Of a stretch of DNA of 64,000 bases, positions 9,518 to 18,858 are shown one piece after another; position 1 is the first letter of the stretch, and each line of letters begins with the position of its first letter. The notes beneath the pieces are model-generated. The model saw nothing but the letters and a program-made list of their open reading frames with translations. It made no database searches and was not told the DNA's origin. Origin of the DNA: Longimicrobiales bacterium (GTDB taxonomy: Bacteria > Gemmatimonadota > Gemmatimonadetes > Longimicrobiales > Gaopeijiaceae); assembly GCA_965116905.1 (NCBI GenBank), contig OZ220732.1:1696001-1760000 (forward strand), given 5' to 3'. Both the position numbers and the translations under genes were made by a program.

Positions 9518-11257
9518 ATGGATCGCCGCGCATTCATTCAATCGTCCATTGCCGCCGGCGTCGTCGGTGGCACCGCCTGCGCGGAGGGCTCCTCGCCCGC
9601 CGGAACCGACGCGGGCGCCGCGCCCAGCGCCACCGCTCGCACCGACTTCCCCGGCCGCACCGACACCCCCGGCGAGCGCGACTGGGCTGCCCTGTCCCGT
9701 GTCGACATGAAGCCGCCCCAGACGATCGGCGCCCACGTTCGGGTCGTCGGCTCGGGCGTGATGGCCACCACCGACCATCCGTACGCGACCGAGGCCGCAC
9801 TCTGGGCGCTGGAACGGGGCGGCACGGCGGCGGACGCCTACATCACGGCAGCGCTGGTGCAGTGCGTCCTCGAACCCGCCATGACCACCCTGGGCGGCGG
9901 CTTCGGCGTCACCTGTTTCGACGCCGCCACCGGCGAACTCTCCACCGCCGGCGGGGCATTCGCCTTCCCCAGCGGCGCCCCCGCTTCCGAGCCCTACGAG
10001 GAGGCGCGTTCCTGGACCGGCTTTGGCGCCATGGTGCCCGGCTACGTGCGCGGCCTCGAGGCGGCCCACGTTGCGTACGGACGGCTCCCCTGGCAGGACC
10101 TGTGGGAGCCCGCGATCGCCTTTGCCGAGAACGGTTTTGTCATCGACCACACTCTTTGGGCCTACACGCATCACTACCGGAAGATGGTGGGGCGCTTCGC
10201 GGGTCCGGGGCGCGACAACTGGTTCCGTGACGGCTACCTCCTCGGGGTGGGCGACACCATACACCTCCCCGAACTCGCCTCGACCATGACCCGCCTCCGC
10301 GACGAGGGCGGCGACTACTTCTACACGGGTTCGTTCGCGCGCAAGCTGGTCGACGAGGTCGCGCGGCGCGGCGGCGGCATCACCATGGACGACCTCGCCG
10401 CCATGCAGGGCTTCGTGTCCCCGTCGTGGAAGTCCGGCGAGCCGGGCGGCGCGTCCTACCGGGACTACGAGATCGCGCCCTCCAGCGGCCTGCTCTTCCT
10501 GCTCGGCCTGCAGGTCTTCGAGGCCGCGGATCTGCGTTCGATGGGCCCACCCACCGAGAGCGTCGAAGCGCTGCACACCCAGATGCGGGTGGCACAGGAG
10601 TTGTGGCTCCGCGGAGCCGACATCACCCCCGCGAACCAGGACGACTTCATCTCGCCCGACAACGCGCGCCGCGTGTGGCGGGACATCCAGAACAGCCCGC
10701 CTCGCCCCTTCGTGGGCTTCGCCGCGGCCACGTGCGGCAATGTGATCGTCGACGCCGAAGGCAACGTAGCCGCCGGCACCCATTCCAGCTCTTCCGAGCC
10801 CTTCGGCACCGGGATCAACATCGACGGCGTCGTGATGAACCGCGCCACCTACCTGCGCAAGTACACGAACCTCCCCGTCGGGTTTTCCACGCAACTCTGG
10901 CTCTTCCGCGACGGCCGGCCCGCGCTGGTGATGGCGACGCCCAGCCGCTCGCTCATGGAATGCCTGCTGCAGGGCGCGGCCAACTTCGTCGAGTACGGAA
11001 TGGACGGCGAGCAGGTGGTGCAGGCCCCGCGGTTCGGCCATCCGCACCCGGGAATCGCGTCGGCCGAGATCGAGGGCGACTTCGGCGACGAGGCCATCGC
11101 CGAACTGGAGGCGCGGGGCCATGCACTTTTCCCGGTGAGCCCCCGGGACGCGAACATGGGGTCGATCCACGCCGTGCGCAGGCTGGACGACGGGCGGCTC
11201 GAAGGGGTGGCCGATCCCAGGCGGCGGGGACGCGCGAGTGGCGGTGCGGTGGAGTGA
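9518..11257 (+). CDS. Tat-exported gamma-glutamyltransferase-fold (Ntn) hydrolase, divergent
   Basis: DRRAFI Tat motif and AC lipobox; HPYATEA, GGTAADA, LEP..TTLGGG, VPGYVRG, TCGNVIVDAEGN, APRF, GVADPRR. Confidence 0.85.
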   Translation: MDRRAFIQSSIAAGVVGGTACAEGSSPAGTDAGAAPSATARTDFPGRTDTPGERDWAALSRVDMKPPQTIGAHVRVVGSGVMATTDHPYATEAALWALERGGTAADAYITAALVQCVLEPAMTTLGGGFGVTCFDAATGELSTAGGAFAFPSGAPASEPYEEARSWTGFGAMVPGYVRGLEAAHVAYGRLPWQDLWEPAIAFAENGFVIDHTLWAYTHHYRKMVGRFAGPGRDNWFRDGYLLGVGDTIHLPELASTMTRLRDEGGDYFYTGSFARKLVDEVARRGGGITMDDLAAMQGFVSPSWKSGEPGGASYRDYEIAPSSGLLFLLGLQVFEAADLRSMGPPTESVEALHTQMRVAQELWLRGADITPANQDDFISPDNARRVWRDIQNSPPRPFVGFAAATCGNVIVDAEGNVAAGTHSSSSEPFGTGINIDGVVMNRATYLRKYTNLPVGFSTQLWLFRDGRPALVMATPSRSLMECLLQGAANFVEYGMDGEQVVQAPRFGHPHPGIASAEIEGDFGDEAIAELEARGHALFPVSPRDANMGSIHAVRRLDDGRLEGVADPRRRGRASGGAVE

Positions 11258-12237
11258 ACTCCGGTAGCGGCGGCGGGCCGGCGGACCCGGTGGGCGACGA
11301 AGCCGGCCCCCGCCTGAGCGGTCGGTGGGTCCTGAAGCAGGTCCTCGGACGTACGCTCCTCCCGCACCACGTGTACCGCTGGCTTCGTCGGCGGTGGCGG
11401 GGCCGGAGGGGGCACCGCCGCGTCCCAACCGTGCATGCGAACGCCCAGTTGGCGCTGTACAGCCGCATGCTGCCCGGCGATTTCCTCCACTACGGCTACT
11501 TCGAAGACCCTGATACGCCGCCCGAGTCGATCAGCTTCGATGCACTCCACCGCGCCCAGCGCCGCTACGCCGAGCTGCTGCTGGACCTGATCGAGCAACC
11601 CGACGCGCCGGTCCTCGATGCCGGCTGCGGAATGGGCGGCATGCTGGGCCTTCTGGATGCCGCGGGACACGACGTGATCGGCCTGACCCCGGACCGGATC
11701 CAGGCGGACCACATTGGTGCGGCCTATCCGGGCATCCCCGTCCTGCGTTGCCGCTTCGAGGATATCGATACTGACAGATTCATGGAATATTTTGGCACAG
11801 TCATCCACGCGGAGTCCCTGCAATACATGCTTCCCAACGGTGTTTTTGCCGTAATGGACAAAATCATGGCACATTCTGACATTTGGATTGTGGCGGACTA
11901 CTTTCGAGTCGGACGCGCTCGCGGGTCCGGATGGAGGCTCGACGCCTTTCGCGCCCGCCTGCGTGAGCACGGATACAAGGTGCTCCGCGAGTCCGACATC
12001 ACCGCCCACGTTCTGCCGACCCTGGGCTTCGCCCGCTTGCTTGCCGACCGCATCGCGCTGTCCGCCCTCGACTTCGCGCACGACAAGCTCCGGGCGAAAA
12101 GCCCCGCACTCCATTACGTTCTGGAGAACGTGGCCGAGCGCGCCCGGGATGCCGCGGTTCGCAGCACGGCCATCCTCGATCCGGCCGGGTTTGCCGAGCG
12201 GAAACGCTACATGCTGATGAAGATCCGCAAGACGTGA
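11254..12237 (+). CDS. Class I SAM-dependent methyltransferase (tocopherol/sterol-MT-like)
   Basis: GTGA overlap with upstream stop; FLHYGYF, VLDAGCGMGG, ESLQY, WIVADYF. Confidence 0.85.
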   Translation: MNSGSGGGPADPVGDEAGPRLSGRWVLKQVLGRTLLPHHVYRWLRRRWRGRRGHRRVPTVHANAQLALYSRMLPGDFLHYGYFEDPDTPPESISFDALHRAQRRYAELLLDLIEQPDAPVLDAGCGMGGMLGLLDAAGHDVIGLTPDRIQADHIGAAYPGIPVLRCRFEDIDTDRFMEYFGTVIHAESLQYMLPNGVFAVMDKIMAHSDIWIVADYFRVGRARGSGWRLDAFRARLREHGYKVLRESDITAHVLPTLGFARLLADRIALSALDFAHDKLRAKSPALHYVLENVAERARDAAVRSTAILDPAGFAERKRYMLMKIRKT

Positions 12238-12251
12238 TGGGGAGGAGAACG

Positions 12252-13418
12252 ATGTTCCGGAATCATGCAGCAGGCGGATGGCCGCCAGCGGGCATGGCCA
12301 CGGCGGTGCTTGCCGCGCCGCCTCTTGCCGTGCCGCTTCTGGCCGTGCCGGTTCTGGCCGCGGCGCTCGCCGTGCCACTCGCCGCCCAGGACGTCACCGT
12401 CGTCGACTACGAGCCGCGCAATACGCTGGTCGTGCCGGGGAATCCGCTCACCCGGGCCAGCTTCCCCTTCGTGGACATTCACGGCCATCAGCGCGGCGAA
12501 AGGATGTCGGCCGCCGACATCGACCGCCTGGTGGGGGAGATGGACGAGCTCAACATGGCGGTGATGGTCAACCTCTCCGGTGGCAGCGGCTTTTCCCTGA
12601 CCGCCGGCCTCGAGAACATGACCGCGCGGCATCCGTCGCGCTTCGTCTTCTTCGCCAACACCAACTTCTTCGGCGTCGGGGAACCCGGCTGGGGTGAGGA
12701 GGCTGCCGCGCAGCTGGAAGAGGACGTGAGGAACGGCGCCGCGGGTCTGAAAATCTTCAAGGGCCTTGGAATGGCGGATCGGGACACCGACGGGAACCGG
12801 ATTCCGGTCGACGATCCGCGCCTGGCGCCGCTGTGGGACAAGGCCGGCGAGCTGGGGATTCCGGTGCTCATCCACTCCGCCGACCCCGCCGAGTTCTGGC
12901 AGCGCCACGACCGCTTCAACGAGCGCTGGCTCGAACTGCGGCTGCGGCCGCGGCGGATCCGGCCTCCCGGCCAATTCCCGCCCTTCGAGCAGATCATCGG
13001 CGAGCAGCACAATCTCTTCCGGCGGCACCCGAATACGAACTTCATCTCCGCGCATCTGGGCTGGCTGGGCCACGACCTCGCGCGCCTCGGTGAGGTGCTC
13101 GACGAGATCCCGAACATGTACGTCGGCCTCGGCGCGGTCGTGTACGAACTTGGCCGGCAGCCGCGGTTCGCGCGCGAGTGGCTGATCGAGCATGGGGATC
13201 GCGTGCTGATGGGGAAGGACTCGTACAACCAGGAGGAGTTCCACACCTATTTCCGCGTGTTCGAGACCGAAGACGACTACTTCGACTACTACCGCCGCTA
13301 CCACGCCTTCTGGCAGATGTACGGCCTGGGTCTCCCCGACGAAGTCCTGCGCAAGATCTACTACGAGAACGCGTTGAAGCTCGTTCCGGCGATCGACCGG
13401 AGCCTGTTTCCTGGCTGA
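12252..13418 (+). CDS. Secreted amidohydrolase_2 family metallohydrolase
   Basis: ATG after GGAGGAG; VDIHGH, GLKIFK, PVLIHSADP, AHLG, DRVLMGKD, KIYYENA. Confidence 0.85.
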   Translation: MFRNHAAGGWPPAGMATAVLAAPPLAVPLLAVPVLAAALAVPLAAQDVTVVDYEPRNTLVVPGNPLTRASFPFVDIHGHQRGERMSAADIDRLVGEMDELNMAVMVNLSGGSGFSLTAGLENMTARHPSRFVFFANTNFFGVGEPGWGEEAAAQLEEDVRNGAAGLKIFKGLGMADRDTDGNRIPVDDPRLAPLWDKAGELGIPVLIHSADPAEFWQRHDRFNERWLELRLRPRRIRPPGQFPPFEQIIGEQHNLFRRHPNTNFISAHLGWLGHDLARLGEVLDEIPNMYVGLGAVVYELGRQPRFAREWLIEHGDRVLMGKDSYNQEEFHTYFRVFETEDDYFDYYRRYHAFWQMYGLGLPDEVLRKIYYENALKLVPAIDRSLFPG

Positions 13419-13458
13419 GCGGGCCGTGCGGACGGTGTGGCTTCGGCCCCGCTGAGCG

Positions 13459-14451
13459 ATGAAGGCTGTCTGGTACAGAGCGACGGGCCCCGCGCGGGAG
13501 GTGCTTCGTTACGGGGAAGTCGAGACGCCGAGCCCGGGGCGAGGGGAGGTTCGCGTCCGCGTCGCGGCTTCGGGCGTCAATCCCTCCGACACCAAGCGGC
13601 GGGGCGGCTGGCTCGGCATGCAGATGGGGCACGCACGCGTGATCCCGCACTCGGACGGAGCGGGGACACTGGACGCGGTCGGCGAGGGCGTCGACCCGGC
13701 ACGGATCGGGGAGCGGGTCTGGGTGTGGAACGCCCAGGGCGGGGCGCGCCCGTTCGGGACCGCGGCCGAGTTCGTGGTGGTGCCGGCCGGGCAGGCGGTG
13801 CGGTTGCCGGACGGGGTGCCGTGGTCGATCGGGGCCGGATTGGGGGTTCCCGGGTGCACCGCGCACTACGCCGTGTTGGGCGCCGGGCCGGTGGAGGGTA
13901 GGCGCGTGCTGGTGCAGGGCGGGGCGGGCGGGGTGGGGCACATGGCCGTGCAGATCGCGGCGCTGAGCGGGGCCGAGGTGATTGCGACCGTGAGCGGCGC
14001 CGCGAAGGGGGAGGTGGCGGCGGGGGGCGGTGCGCGCCATGTGGTGAACTATCGCCGTGAGGATGTGGTGGCGCGGGTGCGGGATCTGACCGGGGGAGAG
14101 GGCGTGGATCGCGTGATCGAGGTGGACCTCGCGGCCAACATCGAGACCGACGTGAAGTTGCTGCGGCCGCACGGCACGATTGCGTCGTATTCGTCGACCT
14201 CGGGGCCGGAGCTGCCGCTCGCGTACTACCCTCTCGCCTTCAAGGACCTGCGCATCCATTTCGTCCAGGGCTACCTGCTTTCGGCCCCGGCGCGCCGGGC
14301 GGCGATCCGGGATCTGACGGCCTGGTTGAGCGCGGCGCAGTTGGATGTTCGCATCGCGGAGGTGTTCCGGCTTTCGGATGCGGCGTCCGCACACGAGCTG
14401 CTCGAGTCGGGACGAGCGGACGGGAAGGTGGTGGTGGCGGTCGGCTCGTGA
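13459..14451 (+). CDS. NADPH:quinone reductase (zeta-crystallin/MDR family)
   Basis: GEVRVRV.ASGVNPSD.K.R, PHSDGAG, GTAAE, VLVQGGAGGVG, GKVVV. Confidence 0.9.
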   Translation: MKAVWYRATGPAREVLRYGEVETPSPGRGEVRVRVAASGVNPSDTKRRGGWLGMQMGHARVIPHSDGAGTLDAVGEGVDPARIGERVWVWNAQGGARPFGTAAEFVVVPAGQAVRLPDGVPWSIGAGLGVPGCTAHYAVLGAGPVEGRRVLVQGGAGGVGHMAVQIAALSGAEVIATVSGAAKGEVAAGGGARHVVNYRREDVVARVRDLTGGEGVDRVIEVDLAANIETDVKLLRPHGTIASYSSTSGPELPLAYYPLAFKDLRIHFVQGYLLSAPARRAAIRDLTAWLSAAQLDVRIAEVFRLSDAASAHELLESGRADGKVVVAVGS

Positions 14452-14477
14452 CTTGAGGTCATCCGCCGACGCGCTCA

Positions 14478-14510
14478 GCTTGGGATGTGGAGATCACCGA
14501 CTACCACTAG
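14478..14510 (+). pseudogene. higB: 3'-terminal remnant of a HigB (plasmid-maintenance killer type) toxin gene
   Basis: gct tgg gat gtg gag atc acc gac tac cac tag = AWDVEITDYH*, matching the typical HigB C-terminus (A.DVEI.DYH*), 12 nt upstream of higA. Confidence 0.75.
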
Positions 14511-14522
14511 GCGAGTCATGCG

Positions 14523-14912
14523 ATGACGATCAAGAGGAGCGATGTCGACCGAGGAAAGGTGGACTTTTCGGACGTGGTCGCCGGTGGTGAACTATCTCCG
14601 GTCCACCCTGGAGAGATTCTCCGAGACGAGTTCCTGAGACCGTTCGGACTAACTGTCTATCGGCTGGCACAGGCGCTCAGGGTTCCGAGACCGCGTCTGA
14701 ACGAAATCGTGCTTGGAAGGCGTCGCATTACGACCGACACCGCGCTCCGGCTGGCACGGTTTTTCGGCACCACGGCCGAATTCTGGATTCGTCTCCAGGT
14801 TCGCTATGATCTCGAGTGCGCCGAGCCGTCGCGCCAGAAGATCGAGCGCGAAATAGAACAGCTGAAACGTGGGCGCCCGGTTGCTGCTATCCCCCCCGAC
14901 GAAGCCATATGA
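14523..14912 (+). CDS. higA: HigA-family HTH antitoxin
   Basis: PVHPGEILRDEFL.P.GLT.YRLA.AL.VP..R.NEIV.GRR.IT.DTALRLARFFGTTAEFW..LQ..YDL. Confidence 0.92.
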   Translation: MTIKRSDVDRGKVDFSDVVAGGELSPVHPGEILRDEFLRPFGLTVYRLAQALRVPRPRLNEIVLGRRRITTDTALRLARFFGTTAEFWIRLQVRYDLECAEPSRQKIEREIEQLKRGRPVAAIPPDEAI

Positions 14913-15945
14913 GGACCACGCCGCAGGAGGAGCCAGTGCCCCAGTACTGCGGCGGCATCCCCGCCGTACTCCGATAAACCTCCACGCCGGCTACGACACC
15001 GGGGTTTACGATGTCGTCGATCCAGGCCGGGCTGCGGTCCCCGCCCACCCGGACGCCGTCAAGGTAGACGGTCGGAATGCAATTGGTCCCGTGTCTGCGT
15101 AGTGCAAGAAAACCTCGGCCGGGCATTCGGGGATCGGGCACGGTCGTCACCCCCGGAAACCGCGTCAGTGCAGATGTAAGCTGAACCGGATTCCAGAATT
15201 CGAGATCCTCGCGATCCAGGAAATCACCCCAGCCGTCCTCTTCCCGCTGGTAGAATCCCACGCTCTGCAGATTCCTGTCGAGTCTGTCCACGGTCACCTC
15301 GATCGGGTCCAGCGCGATCGCGTCGACCGCGAGTTCGACGTGCAGCTTGACGACATGGGCGGCTTCCACCGTGACCGACACCGAGCGCTGCCGGTATCCG
15401 ATATGCGTGAACTCGACATCGTGTTGCCCGGGGACCAACTCGGATAGGGTGAAGCGGCCGTCCTCGTCGGTAGTGGCCATACGCCCGATTCCGTCAACGT
15501 TGACGACGACCTCGGAAACCGGCTCGCCATTCACTTGGTCTGTGACAACCCCCACGATCCCCGTGATCATTCCATCGCTCGAGTCGCCGATGGGCGTCAG
15601 GCCGAGGAAGAACTCTCCGGGCCGGTCGATCGTCAGATCCCCGTCCAGACGCTGGTAGTCCTTGTGAATCAATCGAAGGTCGTACACGCCGCGAGAGATG
15701 CTGTCGAGCACGAACCGGCCCTCGCCATCGGTCACTACGGTAAGGCCCAGCGCTTCCAGGACCACGACGACACCGGCGACGGGTTGCCCGGTCACGTCGT
15801 GCACCACGTTGCCGGTCACCGTCACCGCGCCGGCCGTCACCGCGGCGGTCTCCCGCGTCTCCTGTGCGGCCGTGGGCGGCACGGTCAACGCGTTGAGCCA
15901 GACAAGAAGCGGGATCAGGCGGGGGAGTCCTCTCATCTGTTCCAT
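14887..15945 (-). CDS. Secreted protein with two carboxypeptidase-regulatory-like domains and a C-terminal TonB-receptor plug-like domain, no barrel
   Basis: G.V...TG.PV.GV.V and TD..GRF.L repeated twice; LDPIEVT, GFYQR, CIPTVYLDG, VAGVEVYR, CGVVLIW. Confidence 0.75.
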   Translation of the reverse strand: MEQMRGLPRLIPLLVWLNALTVPPTAAQETRETAAVTAGAVTVTGNVVHDVTGQPVAGVVVVLEALGLTVVTDGEGRFVLDSISRGVYDLRLIHKDYQRLDGDLTIDRPGEFFLGLTPIGDSSDGMITGIVGVVTDQVNGEPVSEVVVNVDGIGRMATTDEDGRFTLSELVPGQHDVEFTHIGYRQRSVSVTVEAAHVVKLHVELAVDAIALDPIEVTVDRLDRNLQSVGFYQREEDGWGDFLDREDLEFWNPVQLTSALTRFPGVTTVPDPRMPGRGFLALRRHGTNCIPTVYLDGVRVGGDRSPAWIDDIVNPGVVAGVEVYRSTAGMPPQYWGTGSSCGVVLIWLRRGG

Positions 15946-16139
15946 AACCCCGCAGGCCTCGGAATGTTCGGAACAGGAATGTTCGGAAGACCGGCCGGCC
16001 TGGCTTTCCAACGGGAGTCGGGTCCCGCTTGTCCCTGTTTTACCCACTGTGGCGTTGCGGCTGCGCGCGAGGCCACGCAATATGACGTTCCGCGGCTCCG
16101 GTACGGCTGCGGGAACCAATCCGAAGGAGGATCCGACCG

Positions 16140-17105
16140 ATGTTGACTCGACGTGAATGGCTCCAATCGACTGCTGCCGCCGGGGCGGTGCTGTCTCTCG
16201 ATCCCGGCGTTCTGCGCGCCCTCGGACGGCAGGAAATGATGACCCGCGCGATCCCTGCGACGGGGGAGCGGGTGCCGATCGTGGGGCTGGGGAGTTCCGC
16301 GACGTTTTCGCGGGTGGCGCGGGGCGACGACGTGAGTCAGCTTCGTGACGTCCTGCAGACCTTTGTGGACTACGGCGGCACCGTCTTCGACACGGCACCC
16401 AGCTACGGCTCGTCGGAGGAGGTTTCCGGGCGGCTGGCGATGGAGATGGGGATTTCCGACCGGATCTTCTGGGCCACGAAGGTGAACGTGGCCGGGCGGG
16501 GAGGCGGATCGGCGGATGCGGGCGCGGCGCGGGCCCAGATCGAGCGTTCCTTCGAGTATTTCGGGGTGGATGAGATGGACCTGATCCAGGTGCACAACCT
16601 GGGGGACCCGCCCACGCAGGTGGGGATCATCGAGGAGCTGAAGCAGGAGGGACGGATCCGCTACATCGGGATCACGAGCACCAGCAAGCGGCAGTATCCG
16701 GCGCTTGTGCAGGCCATGCAGGACTATCCGCTCGACTTCATCGGGATCGACTACGCGGTGGACAACCGCAGTGCGGCCGAGGAGATCTTCCCGGTGGCCG
16801 AGGACCAGGGCATCGCGATTCTCGTGTACGTGCCCTTCGGCCGGACCCGGCTGTGGTCGCGGATCGGCGACCGCGAGGTGCCCGAGTGGGCGAGTGACTT
16901 CGGGGCCGATTCGTGGGCGCGGTTCTTCATCAAGTTCGCCGCGGCGCATCCGGCGGTGACGTGCGTGACCCCGGCGACGAGCAACCCGGAACACATGATC
17001 GACAACCTGGGCGCTGGCCTGGGCGGACTGCCCGACGAGGACCAGCAGGCGCGCATGATCGAACTCGTGGACGCGCTGCCCCCGGCTCCGCGCCGCAGAG
17101 GATAG
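16140..17105 (+). CDS. Aldo/keto reductase with Tat signal
   Basis: TRREWL; VGLG, FDTAPSYGSSE, ATKV, DLIQVHN, GRIRYIGIT, PATS. Confidence 0.9.
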   Translation: MLTRREWLQSTAAAGAVLSLDPGVLRALGRQEMMTRAIPATGERVPIVGLGSSATFSRVARGDDVSQLRDVLQTFVDYGGTVFDTAPSYGSSEEVSGRLAMEMGISDRIFWATKVNVAGRGGGSADAGAARAQIERSFEYFGVDEMDLIQVHNLGDPPTQVGIIEELKQEGRIRYIGITSTSKRQYPALVQAMQDYPLDFIGIDYAVDNRSAAEEIFPVAEDQGIAILVYVPFGRTRLWSRIGDREVPEWASDFGADSWARFFIKFAAAHPAVTCVTPATSNPEHMIDNLGAGLGGLPDEDQQARMIELVDALPPAPRRRG

Positions 17106-17137
17106 CCTGCGGGGAATACCATGATCGGGAGGATACC

Positions 17138-18784
17138 ATGATCGACCGCCGCCGTTTCATCGGAACCTCCATCGCGGGTGGCGCAGCGGCCGCTTTGGGC
17201 ACGGCTGCGTGCGCGCCCGACGGCGCGGACTCCGGAGCCGCGCCCGACAGCGGCGCCGGGCCCGCGGGGACCCAGCCCGGAGCCTTCGAACTCGACGAGG
17301 CCACGGTCGCCGACCTGCAGGCCGCCATGGAGTCCGGCGATCGGACGGCGCGCTCGATCACCGAGCCCTACCTGGAGCGCATCGCCGCCCTGGACGGTCA
17401 GGGGCCGGAGCTCAGGTCGGTCATCGAGACCAACCCCGACGCGCTCGACATCGCCGACCAGCTGGACCGGGAGCGGCAGGCCAGCGGGCCGCGCGGACCC
17501 CTGCACGGCATCCCCGTCGCACTCAAGGACAACCTGGACACGCACGACCGGATGACGACCACGGCGGGGTCGCTCGCACTGGAAGGGTCGATCCCGGCGC
17601 AGGACTCGTTCGTCGCCGAGCGGCTGCGCGAAGCGGGGGCGATCATCCTGGCCAAGCTGAACATGAGCGAGTGGGCGTACTTCCGCGGGGAGCGGGCGAC
17701 GAGTGGCTGGAGCGCGCGCGGGGGGCAGTGCCGCAACCCCTATGCGCTCGACCGCAACCCGTGCGGATCCAGTTCGGGCTCGGGCACGGCCGCCTCCGCG
17801 AACCTGTCGGCGCTGACCGTCGGCACCGAGACGGGCGGGTCGATCATGTGCCCCTCGTCCACCAACGGGATCGTGGGGATCAAGCCGACGGTGGGGCTGT
17901 GGAGCCGTTCCGGGATCATCCCCATCTCGCACTCCCAGGACACCGCGGGGCCGATGTGCCGTACGGTGCGCGACGCGGCCGCGCTGCTGGGGCCGGTCAC
18001 CGGCGTGGATCCCCGCGATCCGGCCACCGCGGCCAGCGAGGGCAACGCCCACACCGACTACACGCAGTTTCTCGACGCGGGCGGTCTCCAGGGCGCGCGG
18101 GTCGGCGTGGCCCGCAGCTTCCCGGGCTTCTCGCCGGACGTGATGGCGGTCTTCGACGAAGCCGTGGCCGCCATGCGCGATGCCGGAGCGGTCGTCGTGG
18201 ATCCCGCCAACCTCCCGAACGCCGCCTGGAATGACGCACAGCCGCTGCTGGTGCTGGAGTACGAATTCAAGGCGAACCTGAACGCCTACCTGGCGGGCCT
18301 GGGGCCGGACGCACCCGTGAAGACGCTGGCCGAGGTCATCGAGTTCAACGAGCGCAACGCGGATGTCGAGATGCCGCACTTCGGGCAGGAGCGGCTGATC
18401 GCGTCGGAGGCACGCGGGCCGCTGACCGACCAGGACTATCTGGACGCCGTACGCGCGATCCAGCGCGGCAACCGCGAGGACGGGATCGACGCGCTGATGG
18501 ACGAACACAACCTGGACGCGATCGTGGCGCCGACGCGTGGCCCGGGCTGGAAGACGGACCACATCCTGGGCGATTCACTGGGCGGCGGGTCGAGCGCGGG
18601 CCCGGCGGCGATCGCGGGCTATCCGGACATCACGGTGCCGATGGGGTTCGTGTCGGGGCTGCCGGTGGGCGTGTCCTTCTTCGGCCGGCGCTGGAGCGAA
18701 CCGGTGCTGCTGCGGATCGCCTATGCGTACGAGCAGGCCACCAACCACAGGGCCCCGCCGACCTTCGCGGAGACGCTGGGGTAG
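17138..18784 (+). CDS. Amidase-signature family amidase, Tat lipoprotein
   Basis: DRRRFI...AAC; GPLHGIPVALKDN, CGSSSGS, VGTETGGSIMCP, VGIKPT, QDTAGPM. Confidence 0.92.
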   Translation: MIDRRRFIGTSIAGGAAAALGTAACAPDGADSGAAPDSGAGPAGTQPGAFELDEATVADLQAAMESGDRTARSITEPYLERIAALDGQGPELRSVIETNPDALDIADQLDRERQASGPRGPLHGIPVALKDNLDTHDRMTTTAGSLALEGSIPAQDSFVAERLREAGAIILAKLNMSEWAYFRGERATSGWSARGGQCRNPYALDRNPCGSSSGSGTAASANLSALTVGTETGGSIMCPSSTNGIVGIKPTVGLWSRSGIIPISHSQDTAGPMCRTVRDAAALLGPVTGVDPRDPATAASEGNAHTDYTQFLDAGGLQGARVGVARSFPGFSPDVMAVFDEAVAAMRDAGAVVVDPANLPNAAWNDAQPLLVLEYEFKANLNAYLAGLGPDAPVKTLAEVIEFNERNADVEMPHFGQERLIASEARGPLTDQDYLDAVRAIQRGNREDGIDALMDEHNLDAIVAPTRGPGWKTDHILGDSLGGGSSAGPAAIAGYPDITVPMGFVSGLPVGVSFFGRRWSEPVLLRIAYAYEQATNHRAPPTFAETLG

Positions 18785-18810
18785 CTGGCCCGGGTGGGGC
18801 GCGGCCGCGC

Positions 18811-18858
18811 GTCAACCCTTCTCGAGGTCAGGCTTTCTCGAGGTCAGCCCTTCGCGAA
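18811..18858. repeat. Three degenerate 16-bp copies of the last codons and stop of the SRPBCC gene
   Basis: gtcaacccttctcgag / gtcaggctttctcgag / gtcagcccttcgcgaa. Confidence 0.7.
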
